Origin: an uncultured Gammaproteobacteria bacterium | GTDB taxonomy: Bacteria; Patescibacteriota; Patescibacteriia; UBA1558; S5-K13 | NCBI GenBank assembly: GCA_964640635.1 | Contig: CAZXFD010000001.1 | Coordinates: 96,163 to 160,162 of the forward strand | Direction of reading: 5' to 3' | DNA: 64,000 nt | Shown: piece by piece, positions 19,369-29,112 of the stretch | Layout of the letters: every line of letters starts with the position of its first letter | How positions within the stretch are numbered: position 1 is the first letter of the stretch | Position numbers and translations under genes: made by a program | The notes under the pieces: generated by a model | The model's database searches: none | What the model saw: only the letters and a program-made list of their open reading frames with translations | What the model was told of the DNA's origin: nothing

Positions 19369-22300
19369 ATGCAGATTAAAAAGATTTTTGAAAAATTCTT
19401 AATTTTTTCGCCTTTAGTATTTTTATTATTTATTATTATTTATGTGTCAGCAGCCACTATAGAACTTTCTAATACTCCTGATGTAAATCTTTATACAACG
19501 GATGGTACTGTTAATTCTATAGTTACAGATTCAGAAAATGACAAAATATATATTGGTGGAGACTTTAGTTATGTTGGTCCTTATGCTGGGAAAGCCGTTG
19601 TGGTAGATTTAGATACAGGTGTTTTAATAAATGCGGGTTTGGATATAACTGGATCTGTTTATGCGGCTATTTCAGATGGGAAAGGGGGTCTGTATATAGG
19701 TGGGGATTTTACTGCTATAAATGGATACAATATAAATACCTTGGCTCATATAAATTCTGATTATACATTGGATACAAATTTTTCTTTTGATATAAGTGGT
19801 GTTGCTCTTGCTTTATATTTTTATAATAATACCGATTTATATGTTGGAGGAGATTTTGTTAGTATAAATGGATCAACAGCATCTAATTTAATTTTAATAG
19901 ATGCAAATAAAAATTTATTGAATTCGGATGTTTATCCAGATATTAGTGGTTCTGTTTTTTCTTTGTTAGGTGTTGCAGAGGATTTATATATAGGAGGAGG
20001 ATTTAATAGTGTAAATACAGTGCCTACAAAAGGTATAGCAAAAATGAGCTTGAATACTAAAGTTTTTGATGAAAATTTTAGTATTAATCCAACTGATGGG
20101 GCTGTGTATGCACTCATTCAAGATGGACCTTTTATATATTTTGCAGGGGACTTTGAAAAAGTGGGAGAGTTATCAATTTCTAAATTGGGTAGATTTATGA
20201 TTGAAGATGCAAAATTTGATAGCGAATTTAGTATAGACACTAATGATATTAACGCAATCAAGAGCGTAGTTATGAATGAGCAAGATATTTATTTGGGAGG
20301 TGATTTTAGTATAAAAAATGATAGCATAAAGAATCTAGCAAAAGTTGATAGAAATACTTTATTTATTGATTCTAATTTTAACTATGATTTAGATGGGACT
20401 GTAAATAAAATGTTAATTCAAGATGATTATTTATATGCTGTAGGAAAATTTGGAAATATAAATTCTCCATATATTATAAAAATTAAAATAGGTGATGGTA
20501 CAATAGATGGATCATTCCATCCCAATCCAAATGATAGTATAAACACCATTGTTTCAATAGAGGATAATATTTTTTTAGGCGGTGCTTTTAATCGTATCTG
20601 TGGAGAGAGTATTTCTAATTTAGCAAGAATTGATTCAATAACAGGTATAGTGGATAGGAATTTCAATCTTGGTGTAAATGGGGCTGTAAATACAATGGCT
20701 TTAGCTAACGATAGTTTATATATTGGTGGAGATTTTCTTGAGGTGAATGGAAGCGCATCTCCTTATTTAGCAAAAATTAATAACCAAACAGGAGAGTCGA
20801 CAAAAGATTTTTCAGTTTCTTTAAATGCACCAGTAAAGACATTAATTGCTCATAATAATAATTTATATATTGGTGGAGAATTCGAATTAAAATTATTAGT
20901 TGTAGATGCTTTAACAGGAGAAAAGAGCCTATCCTCTGAAGCGGTTTTGGATGGCCCAGTTTATTCAATGGCAATGTCTGAAAACGGATTGTATGTTGGA
21001 GGCAATTTTACTAATAAAATCGCATTGATAGATTTAAATACAGGGGCTTTTGTAAATGGTTTTAAAGCAAATGTAAATGGAATTGTAAATGCAATAAGTG
21101 TAGATGATGATGCGATGTATATTGGCGGGGATTTTCTTCAGGTAGATGGAAGCGCATCTCCTTATTTAGCAAAAATTAATAATCAAACAGGAGAGTTGAT
21201 AAAAGATTTTTCAGTTTTTCCAGATGCATCAGTCAAAACATTAATGCTTCACAGAGATAATTTATATGTTGGTGGTACGTTTTCTCAAATAGGATCTAAA
21301 AATATTTCAGGATTAGCTAAAATAGATATAAGCACAGAAGAAAGTGGTGTGGATGATGCATTTGTTATTAATCCAGATGGTGGAGTAAATGCATTGGGTA
21401 TAAATGATAATAATTTATATGTTGGAGGAGATTTTAGTTTTGTTGGTGCTTATCGTACTCCATCTTTCGCTAGTTTTTCTTGGTTAGATAAGACCCCTCC
21501 AGTAATAACAATTATAGGAGAAAGTAATGTAAGTATAGAACAGAATTCTTTGTATCAAGATCCTGGTGCTATGGCCTTAGATAATAACAATCAAGATATT
21601 ACAAGTCTTATTGTGACATCTGGTTTGGTTAATACTGCTATCCCAGGTTCATACATAATAAGATATTCTGTCACAGATTCGTCTGGGAGAACATCTACGA
21701 TAGAAAGAAATGTTGAAGTTATCAAATCGACTACTTCTAGCGGTGGGGGATTGCCACCAGAGGCATCTTTAGCACCAATAAACCCAAAGCCAACGGAAAA
21801 TAATCCAGACGGCAAACTTAATTTTATTATAAATAAAAATGAAAAAATAACATATTCCAATCTCGTGACTTTGCAATTTTTTGCAAATTCAGATGTGAGT
21901 AAATTGGCTATTTCAGAAGATAAAGAATTTAAAAATGCTTCTTTAGATGCATATTCAGAAACAAAGCAAATTAAACTCTCCGAGGATTATGGTGAAAAGA
22001 CTGTGTATGTAAAATTTTATACGAAATATGGAGTTTCTTCAGATCCAATATCAAAAACCATTGTATTTGCAAAGGAAAATATTAGTCCAGTAGTTATTCA
22101 AGAAATAAAGCAAAGTATTAATAGCATAACAAGAGATATTAGCTCTGCAAAAGCCATTATAATAGCAAAACCCGTTGTTTCATCACCAAGCTCTACTTTG
22201 AGTCAGGATATCAGTTTAACAAAAGAAATTAAAGCTAATATTAGTGACAGTGTAGATAAAATTGAAAAATCAAAGAATTTGATTGAAAAATCTATTACAA

Positions 22301-22656
22301 ACTCTACAATTCAACAAGCCCCCATATCTTCAAAAACTAAAGAAGTAAAGAAAATTGTTGGCAAAATAGACTCTAATATTAAAGAAATAAAAAACGTTAT
22401 TTTGGAAACAAAAAATAGTGAGCCTATTAAATTAGAGACAAAAGAAAAAATAGAAAAAAATCTTAATGATATCAAAAAAAATACACAAGCTATAGAAGTT
22501 GTTATTAAAAAATCACAAGTTAGTTCAAATGGACCCCATATTGTTGTAAATAATACAAAGATAAACAATCAAAATAATAAAGAAAATAAAGCGTTAAAAA
22601 CTATAAACAGTTTTATAAGAAGTTGGAAGGGTTTTCTAGGAAAAATATTTAGATAA
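19369..22656 (+). CDS. Large surface protein with many LY(I/V)GGxF beta-propeller-type repeats and a DUF5011-like Ig domain
   Basis: N-terminal TM/signal; more than 12 xYxGGxF repeats; DKTPPVITIIG..YQDPGA.A.D..V.T..PGSY.I.YSVTDSSG. Confidence 0.8.
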   Translation: MQIKKIFEKFLIFSPLVFLLFIIIYVSAATIELSNTPDVNLYTTDGTVNSIVTDSENDKIYIGGDFSYVGPYAGKAVVVDLDTGVLINAGLDITGSVYAAISDGKGGLYIGGDFTAINGYNINTLAHINSDYTLDTNFSFDISGVALALYFYNNTDLYVGGDFVSINGSTASNLILIDANKNLLNSDVYPDISGSVFSLLGVAEDLYIGGGFNSVNTVPTKGIAKMSLNTKVFDENFSINPTDGAVYALIQDGPFIYFAGDFEKVGELSISKLGRFMIEDAKFDSEFSIDTNDINAIKSVVMNEQDIYLGGDFSIKNDSIKNLAKVDRNTLFIDSNFNYDLDGTVNKMLIQDDYLYAVGKFGNINSPYIIKIKIGDGTIDGSFHPNPNDSINTIVSIEDNIFLGGAFNRICGESISNLARIDSITGIVDRNFNLGVNGAVNTMALANDSLYIGGDFLEVNGSASPYLAKINNQTGESTKDFSVSLNAPVKTLIAHNNNLYIGGEFELKLLVVDALTGEKSLSSEAVLDGPVYSMAMSENGLYVGGNFTNKIALIDLNTGAFVNGFKANVNGIVNAISVDDDAMYIGGDFLQVDGSASPYLAKINNQTGELIKDFSVFPDASVKTLMLHRDNLYVGGTFSQIGSKNISGLAKIDISTEESGVDDAFVINPDGGVNALGINDNNLYVGGDFSFVGAYRTPSFASFSWLDKTPPVITIIGESNVSIEQNSLYQDPGAMALDNNNQDITSLIVTSGLVNTAIPGSYIIRYSVTDSSGRTSTIERNVEVIKSTTSSGGGLPPEASLAPINPKPTENNPDGKLNFIINKNEKITYSNLVTLQFFANSDVSKLAISEDKEFKNASLDAYSETKQIKLSEDYGEKTVYVKFYTKYGVSSDPISKTIVFAKENISPVVIQEIKQSINSITRDISSAKAIIIAKPVVSSPSSTLSQDISLTKEIKANISDSVDKIEKSKNLIEKSITNSTIQQAPISSKTKEVKKIVGKIDSNIKEIKNVILETKNSEPIKLETKEKIEKNLNDIKKNTQAIEVVIKKSQVSSNGPHIVVNNTKINNQNNKENKALKTINSFIRSWKGFLGKIFR

Positions 22657-22665
22657 TCTTACATT

Positions 22666-24393
22666 ATGTTTAAAAAAGTAATTTTTTTAATAGTAGCTTT
22701 TTTTATATTTCCGATTATTATTTTCGCAAGAGAAAATGTAAATGATTGGTATATAAAAGATTTTAAAATAGAAATTCAATTGAATACTGACTCATCAGCT
22801 CTTATTACGGAATATATTACAGCAGACTGTGGAAATGCTAGAGATAAGCACGGTATTTTTAGAGTTTTGCCAATAAATATTAATACCGGTGAAAAAATTA
22901 TACAAATGCCAATAGAGCTTATTAGTATTACGGATTTTAGTGGCAAGCCATATAAGTATCAAGTATCTCAAAATGTTGAAACAAAGATAATTACCTGGAA
23001 AATTGGTGACGCCAACATTTCTGTAAAAGGAGAAAATTATTACAAAATTATTTACAAGGTTCAAAATGTGATTTATAGTCAAGAAAATTTTGATGAATTT
23101 TATTATAATATTTTAGGTGCTTATTGGGATTTAGAAATTGATAATTTTAATGCAAAAATTATTTTACCAAAAGAAATAACCCTAAAGGATGTGCTAGTAG
23201 ATTATTATACGGGAGCTTCTCTTTCAAAAAACAAGGATTTGGCAACTTATAGTTGGTTGGATGAAAATACTATTGAATTTAATTCAGTGAGAATGATTCC
23301 AAAAGCAAATGGTATTACTGTTTCATTATCTATGCCAAAAAATATTTTTACCATTTATTCTGGTAATTTTGAACAAATAAATTATTTAAATGACAAAGAT
23401 AAAGGCTTTCTACCTCTATTATTGACTTATAAAATTATTATTTTTGATTTTTTATTTTCGATATTTGCCTTAATATTTTGTTTGTATATATGGAAAAAAT
23501 ATGGAGATGATGCAAAAGACAAGAGAACAATCATAGCTGAATATGATGTTCCCGATAATTTAGATCCAATACTTTTTGGATCTTTATTTAAGCAGGGAGG
23601 TTTTAAAAATGAATTTATAACAGCCGCTATTATAAATTTTGCGGTTAAAGGAACTATAAAAATTGAAGAAATTGAAAAGGATAACATTGTTTTGCATGGA
23701 AAGGATTATATTCTTCATAGATTAGACAATAAGCAAGCAGAAGATTCTTTAAGCCCCATAGAAAAGGAGTTGTTTTTTAAATTATTTAATAATAATGATA
23801 AATCCGTTAAAGCGTCTTCTTTAAGGAATAAATTTTATAAAGATGTTGCTATTTTGAAAAAAAATACACGCAAAGCTTTAATAGATTTGGGTTATATTGA
23901 AAAAATAGGTTTTAAATGGCAACTTATTTTTTTGATTATTGCCGGAATTTCTTTTTTATTTGGTATTTTTTTTGTAGCAATAATTTTTGTAATTTTTGCT
24001 TCTATAATGCCAAGGAAAACAAAAAAAGGTGTTAGCACGCTAAGAGATATAAAGGGATTAAAGCTTTATATGACTGTTGCAGAAAAAGATAGACAAAGAT
24101 TTTATGAAAAAGAAAATATTTTTGAAAAATTATTACCATATGCAATTGTCTTTGGAATGACGACTTTATGGATAGAAAAAATGAAAAATATTTATGGGGT
24201 AGAGCAATTTAATACTATGATTCCAGCATGGTATATTGGTAATAATTTAAATTTTAAGGGCATTGATTCATTTACAATCAGTTTTAATAGGGTTGTCTCT
24301 GGTGTGTCAAGTTCTCCACATAGCTCTAGTGGTGCCAGTGGAGGAGGATTCTCTGGTGGTGGAGGAGGTGGTGGGGGTGGTGGGGGTTGGTAA
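22666..24393 (+). CDS. DUF2207 family membrane protein
   Basis: HGIFR, FEKLLPYAIVFG, Gly-rich GGFSGGGGGGGGGGGW tail. Confidence 0.9.
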   Translation: MFKKVIFLIVAFFIFPIIIFARENVNDWYIKDFKIEIQLNTDSSALITEYITADCGNARDKHGIFRVLPININTGEKIIQMPIELISITDFSGKPYKYQVSQNVETKIITWKIGDANISVKGENYYKIIYKVQNVIYSQENFDEFYYNILGAYWDLEIDNFNAKIILPKEITLKDVLVDYYTGASLSKNKDLATYSWLDENTIEFNSVRMIPKANGITVSLSMPKNIFTIYSGNFEQINYLNDKDKGFLPLLLTYKIIIFDFLFSIFALIFCLYIWKKYGDDAKDKRTIIAEYDVPDNLDPILFGSLFKQGGFKNEFITAAIINFAVKGTIKIEEIEKDNIVLHGKDYILHRLDNKQAEDSLSPIEKELFFKLFNNNDKSVKASSLRNKFYKDVAILKKNTRKALIDLGYIEKIGFKWQLIFLIIAGISFLFGIFFVAIIFVIFASIMPRKTKKGVSTLRDIKGLKLYMTVAEKDRQRFYEKENIFEKLLPYAIVFGMTTLWIEKMKNIYGVEQFNTMIPAWYIGNNLNFKGIDSFTISFNRVVSGVSSSPHSSSGASGGGFSGGGGGGGGGGGW

Positions 24394-24438
24394 AAATTAG
24401 AAAACATTAATATTTTCTAATTCTGATAAGGTAAATAT

Positions 24439-25191
24439 ATGAAAATTAACAAAAAATTACCATTGTTTTTGCATAATGAAAAAGACAATGAAATATTTCA
24501 GATTGTTGTTTCTTGTATTCCCAAAAATACAAAAATTTATTTAGTAGGCGGTGCTATAAGAAACGCAATTTATTATAAATATTTTAAGAAAATATTACCA
24601 CAAAGAGATTTTGATATGTTGTTGGTGGGAGATTTTTATAATTTTATAAAAAATCTTAGAGCAAGTGGTTTTATATATGGAAAAATAAGAAGGAAAGAAA
24701 TGGTTGTTTTAAAGATAAAGAGAGTTCCTAAGCCAGAAGATATTTTTAGGGATTATTTGTATTTAGATATTTGTTCATCAAAAGAAAAAACTCCTAAAAA
24801 AATTGCTAGTAATTCTAATTTTACTATTAACGGTTCAATGATATTGTTAAAAAATATTTTTAAAGAAAATTGGTTTGAAAAGATTATATCTTCTCCAGGA
24901 TCATTACAGGATTTAAAAAATAAAAAATTAAAGGTAAACAATATAAGCCACCCTGCTAATTTATTTGCATGTCTTAGATTTATGCATCTAGGATTTAAGC
25001 AACCCACAAAAGAAGATGTGGATTTGCTTTTAAAGAATTTAGGTACTATAGAAAAATGGCGTTATCCTAGAAATATAAAAAAATTATTTAGCTATGTTGG
25101 GGGAGAGAAAAATGCAAGAAAATTAGCAAAAAAGCTTGGTATAAAACAAGACATTTTTGATTTTAAAATAGTTAAAACTTTGAATAAATAA
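24439..25191 (+). CDS. Short class II (CCA/poly(A) polymerase-like) nucleotidyltransferase head protein
   Basis: YLVGGAIRN...RDFD motif A; NFTIN; DLKNKKL. Confidence 0.65.
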   Translation: MKINKKLPLFLHNEKDNEIFQIVVSCIPKNTKIYLVGGAIRNAIYYKYFKKILPQRDFDMLLVGDFYNFIKNLRASGFIYGKIRRKEMVVLKIKRVPKPEDIFRDYLYLDICSSKEKTPKKIASNSNFTINGSMILLKNIFKENWFEKIISSPGSLQDLKNKKLKVNNISHPANLFACLRFMHLGFKQPTKEDVDLLLKNLGTIEKWRYPRNIKKLFSYVGGEKNARKLAKKLGIKQDIFDFKIVKTLNK

Positions 25192-25229
25192 CATTTTACT
25201 TTTTATTCTATTTATGACAAAATAAGGCA

Positions 25230-25520
25230 ATGGTTATTAAAATACACAAATCATATATTTCACTTATAATAACGGCCCTAGTAATAGTTAGTTTTATGGT
25301 GTCAATTATTAGAAATCAAGAAAAAGAACAAGAAGTTCAGATTTCTGGCGGTGTTATAAGACTTGACAGTGGCTTTTCTATTTCGGGAAAAATTCAAAAT
25401 GCATCTTCAGGAGTTCAAGATATGAAAGTTAGCGGTAGTGGCTTTCAGGGTGCCAATTCAAATTTACAAAGCGCTTCATACGGCACTTTTACAAATACAC
25501 AGAACCTAAATATACGATAA
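25230..25520 (+). CDS. Small membrane-anchored hypothetical protein
   Basis: 96-aa ORF with N-terminal TM, operon spacing. Confidence 0.6.
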   Translation: MVIKIHKSYISLIITALVIVSFMVSIIRNQEKEQEVQISGGVIRLDSGFSISGKIQNASSGVQDMKVSGSGFQGANSNLQSASYGTFTNTQNLNIR

Positions 25521-25524
25521 TTAT

Positions 25525-26283
25525 ATGAAACAAGAAATTATTAGAAGTACAAATAATGAAAAAATAAAATATCTAAAAAAGCTTCAGGACAAAAAGACAA
25601 GAAATGAGGACGATCTTTTTTTTGTTGAAAGCTTGACTACAATTTATGACACGATTGAGTTTGGTATTTTGCCAAAGGAATTATTTATAAGAGAGGATTT
25701 ATTAGACAAAAATGGTGAAGATATTAATTTTATCTTATCAAAAGTAGAAACTTTTCACATTATGAATCAAAGGGTAAATGATTATATTTCTTCCCTAACA
25801 ACTTCCTCGGGAATTTATGCTATATATGACAAGATAAATAGAGACATTGATTTTAAAAGTAATACTATTTACTTAAATGGAATAAATGATCCTGGAAATA
25901 TGGGAACAATACTCAGGACCTCTCTTGCATTTGGGTTTTATAATATCGTTGTAGATGATACCTGTGTAGATATTTATAATCCAAAGGTAATAAATGCCAG
26001 CAAGGATTCTATTTTTAAGCTAAACATTTCTTTTGATAAAGATCTAGAAGTATTTCAAAAAATAAAAAAAGAAATGAAAATTTATTCTACTGTTATGACA
26101 GGCGGAATACTACCAGAAAAAATAAAAGACAAAATATATTGTATTGTTTTTGGAAATGAAGCAAATGGTATAAGTCAAGAAATACTTGATAAATCAGATG
26201 GAGTCATTTCTTTAAGTATTGATAAAATTGAATCTCTTAATGTCGCAATAAGTGCAGGAATAATTTTGTATGAATTAAGATAG
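25525..26283 (+). CDS. TrmH/SpoU family RNA 2'-O-methyltransferase
   Basis: NDPGNMGTILRT, FGNEANGIS, ESLNVAISAGI. Confidence 0.92.
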   Translation: MKQEIIRSTNNEKIKYLKKLQDKKTRNEDDLFFVESLTTIYDTIEFGILPKELFIREDLLDKNGEDINFILSKVETFHIMNQRVNDYISSLTTSSGIYAIYDKINRDIDFKSNTIYLNGINDPGNMGTILRTSLAFGFYNIVVDDTCVDIYNPKVINASKDSIFKLNISFDKDLEVFQKIKKEMKIYSTVMTGGILPEKIKDKIYCIVFGNEANGISQEILDKSDGVISLSIDKIESLNVAISAGIILYELR

Positions 26284-26323
26284 TTATAATTGATAAAGTT
26301 TTTATAATTGTTAATATCAAAAT

Positions 26324-26435
26324 ATGAAAAACCTCATATTAATATCATTGCATCATAATACAAGATCTTTTTGAGAAGGCTGTTATTTTTATTTTTTATA
26401 AATATAAAATTCCCTTCTCACGGGGGATTTTTTTT
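26324..26435 (+). promoter_or_regulatory. Putative leader-peptide transcription attenuator (uORF MKNLILISLHHNTRSF, 26324-26374)
   Basis: TGAGAAGG over the uORF stop is complementary to CCTTCTCA in the downstream terminator hairpin AAAATTCCCT..GGGGGATTTTTTTT. Confidence 0.5.
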
Positions 26436-26466
26436 GTAAATTATGATTTATTATTAAGTAACTTAT

Positions 26467-27180
26467 ATGAAAAAAAATTTATTATTTACTACTTTAACAC
26501 ATGGCGATGAATTAATAGGGCTTAATGTTATTAAAAAATTGCAAGTCATAAATAAGAAAAATAAAATCAACTATATTATTTCTAACCCAAAAGCATTTTC
26601 TAAAAATGTCAGATTTATAGATTCTGATTTAAATAGAGTCTTTCCTGGTAAGAAAAATGGAGATTATGAACAGAGGAGGGCATATTTTATTAAAAATTTA
26701 GGAAAACAATATAAGCAGGTCATAGATTTGCATGGAACAGTCTCAAATACAGGGATATTTATTATAATAACCAAATTAACAAAAAAGAATTTATTATTAG
26801 CTATAAAATTAGATATAAAAAGGATTGTAATTTGGACAGATGTTAGTGAGGTAACTGGGTCTCTTTCAACTTTTATGTCTAGTGGCATTGAAATTGAATG
26901 TGGTCCTAAAAATAGAGTCAAAACTCAAGAAGATTTATTTAATAAGTTGAATAAATTCTTAAATAATAAAAACGATATTGATGTAGAAAAAGAGCTTAGC
27001 AAAAGAAACATTTTTATTGTTTTTGGAAAGCTAGAAAAAACTAAAAAGAAACCAGTGGATTTAAAGGATTGGAAAAAAAGTAATGATTATTATCCATTAT
27101 TCGTTGATCAATACAAAGATGTTTGGTGTTATAAGTTAAGGAGAATGAAAAACAAAGAATTATTAGATTCATTAAGATAA
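26467..27180 (+). CDS. Succinylglutamate desuccinylase/aspartoacylase (M14-like) family protein
   Basis: HGDE, RFIDSDLNRVFPG, YEQRRA, IDLH, IEIECG. Confidence 0.85.
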   Translation: MKKNLLFTTLTHGDELIGLNVIKKLQVINKKNKINYIISNPKAFSKNVRFIDSDLNRVFPGKKNGDYEQRRAYFIKNLGKQYKQVIDLHGTVSNTGIFIIITKLTKKNLLLAIKLDIKRIVIWTDVSEVTGSLSTFMSSGIEIECGPKNRVKTQEDLFNKLNKFLNNKNDIDVEKELSKRNIFIVFGKLEKTKKKPVDLKDWKKSNDYYPLFVDQYKDVWCYKLRRMKNKELLDSLR

Positions 27181-27252
27181 GTTATCGTATTTTTATTTAT
27201 TTATATATTCTAATCTGTTATAATTAATTTATATAATTATTAAAAATAATTT

Positions 27253-28572
27253 ATGTTTGAAACTTTGGTGGGAAAATTATTACTTTCACTTTTATTTGGT
27301 GCTGCTATTGGACTAGAGCGTGAAAATAGTAATCAGGGTATAGGATCTGCTGGTGGTGTGCGCACATATGCAATGATAGGTCTTCTTGGATCTATAGCGG
27401 GCGTTCTTTATTCTAGTCAGTTGTCTTTATTTGCACTTCTTGTATCGGGTGCATTTTTTGTTTTACTTATTTCTTCTTATTTAATGAGTTCTATTATTAC
27501 CAAAGATTTAGGACTGACAAGTGAGTTAGCTATTTTATTTACTTTTTTAATGGGCTTGCTTATAACACTTAATATTTTGCCACTTTATTTAATTATAGCT
27601 TTGTTTGTAGTGGTGATTTTGATTTTGTCTGTAAAAGCAACAACCCAAAAAATTACCCAAAATGTTTCAAAAAAAGAATTGCAGTCTTTCATAAGTTATG
27701 CAATCATAGCTTTGATCGTTTTGCCATTTTTACCAAATTTTGGATATAAGTTAATAGACATTCCATTTTTAGCTCAAATATTTGCAAGTCTCAATGTTGA
27801 TCTCGGAAAGTTTGCCGTGATTGAACTTATTAATCCAAGAAAAATATGGATGGTTGTAGTTTTGATTACTGGAATAGATCTTTTTGGGTATTTATTAGGA
27901 AGACTTATTGGTAATAAAAGTAGTTTTAGTCTTACAAGTTTTGTAGGAGGTTTTGTTTCTTCAACATCTACAACCCAGTCTTTAGCTCAAAGAAGTAAGA
28001 AATCATTGACCGTTAATTATTTATTGGGCGCTGCTATTTTAGCAAACCTTGCAAGTTTCTTCCAAATCTTTTTATTAGTCGGTCCACTTAATGCAGCATG
28101 GCTTATATCTATTCTACCTAGCATTTTAATAATGATAATAACTGCTGCTATCATAGCTACTATATTTTTACGTAAAAAAGAAAAAGAGAAAAAGCAAAAA
28201 GAGGCAGAGGAAAAGGATGGTAAAATATTTGCACTTATGCCAGCACTTAAGTTTGCAGGAATTTTGATAGTTGTAAAAATTGTTACAAAGGTGTGTTTAG
28301 TTTTATTTGGCAAAGCAGGTTTTGTAATAAGTTCTATAATAGCTTCTTTCACAGGACTAGATGCAATACTTGTTTCTCTTGCTGAAATGGCAGGTCGTGA
28401 CATTACGTTTCAATTTGCAACGTTTGTATTTTTACTTGTAAATGCTACAAATTTATTTAGCAAGAGTATTTTTTCTTATACTCAGGGAAGTCGTAAATTT
28501 GCGCTTAGATTTTTTGTATCAGCTCTAATAATAGTAGGGGTTAGTTTTTTGGGATTAATTTTTGTTAAGTAA
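27253..28572 (+). CDS. MgtC/SapB family membrane protein with DUF4010
   Basis: IGLERE..GGVRTY, GLTSE, GGFVSST. Confidence 0.88.
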   Translation: MFETLVGKLLLSLLFGAAIGLERENSNQGIGSAGGVRTYAMIGLLGSIAGVLYSSQLSLFALLVSGAFFVLLISSYLMSSIITKDLGLTSELAILFTFLMGLLITLNILPLYLIIALFVVVILILSVKATTQKITQNVSKKELQSFISYAIIALIVLPFLPNFGYKLIDIPFLAQIFASLNVDLGKFAVIELINPRKIWMVVVLITGIDLFGYLLGRLIGNKSSFSLTSFVGGFVSSTSTTQSLAQRSKKSLTVNYLLGAAILANLASFFQIFLLVGPLNAAWLISILPSILIMIITAAIIATIFLRKKEKEKKQKEAEEKDGKIFALMPALKFAGILIVVKIVTKVCLVLFGKAGFVISSIIASFTGLDAILVSLAEMAGRDITFQFATFVFLLVNATNLFSKSIFSYTQGSRKFALRFFVSALIIVGVSFLGLIFVK

Positions 28573-28587
28573 TTAATTTAAAAAAAT

Positions 28588-29067
28588 ATGAAATCAAAAA
28601 TATTAAAGCTAGTTATTTCAATACTAATTTGTCAGGCCGCTGGTTTTTTAGGATCTATTTTTACAACTCCAAAAATAGCCACTTGGTATGCCGGTGTTGT
28701 AAAGCCATCTTTTAATCCACCAAATTATCTTTTTGGTCCTGTTTGGACACTCCTATTTATTTTAATGGGAATTTCTCTTTATATTATTTGGATAAGTAAA
28801 TTTAAAGATAAGGCTTATAAAAAAGAAGTAATTACAATATTCGCCATACAGCTTATTTTAAATATTTTTTGGTCAATATTATTTTTTGGATTAGAATCTC
28901 CAATGCTTGCATTTTTTGAAATAATGGCTTTGTGGATTTCTATACTTGCAACTATAATTGGATTTTACAAGATTTCAAGGATTGCATCATTTATTTTAAT
29001 TCCATATATATTATGGGTAAGTTTTGCATCAGTATTGAACTTTTTTATTTGGAAATTGAATTTTTAG
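28588..29067 (+). CDS. tspO: TspO/MBR family protein (second copy)
   Basis: WY...KPSFNPPNYLFGPVW, PYILWVSFA. Confidence 0.9.
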   Translation: MKSKILKLVISILICQAAGFLGSIFTTPKIATWYAGVVKPSFNPPNYLFGPVWTLLFILMGISLYIIWISKFKDKAYKKEVITIFAIQLILNIFWSILFFGLESPMLAFFEIMALWISILATIIGFYKISRIASFILIPYILWVSFASVLNFFIWKLNF

Positions 29068-29112
29068 TATATTTTCAATATAATTAGTCAGTAATAAATA
29101 ATTTTTATAAAT

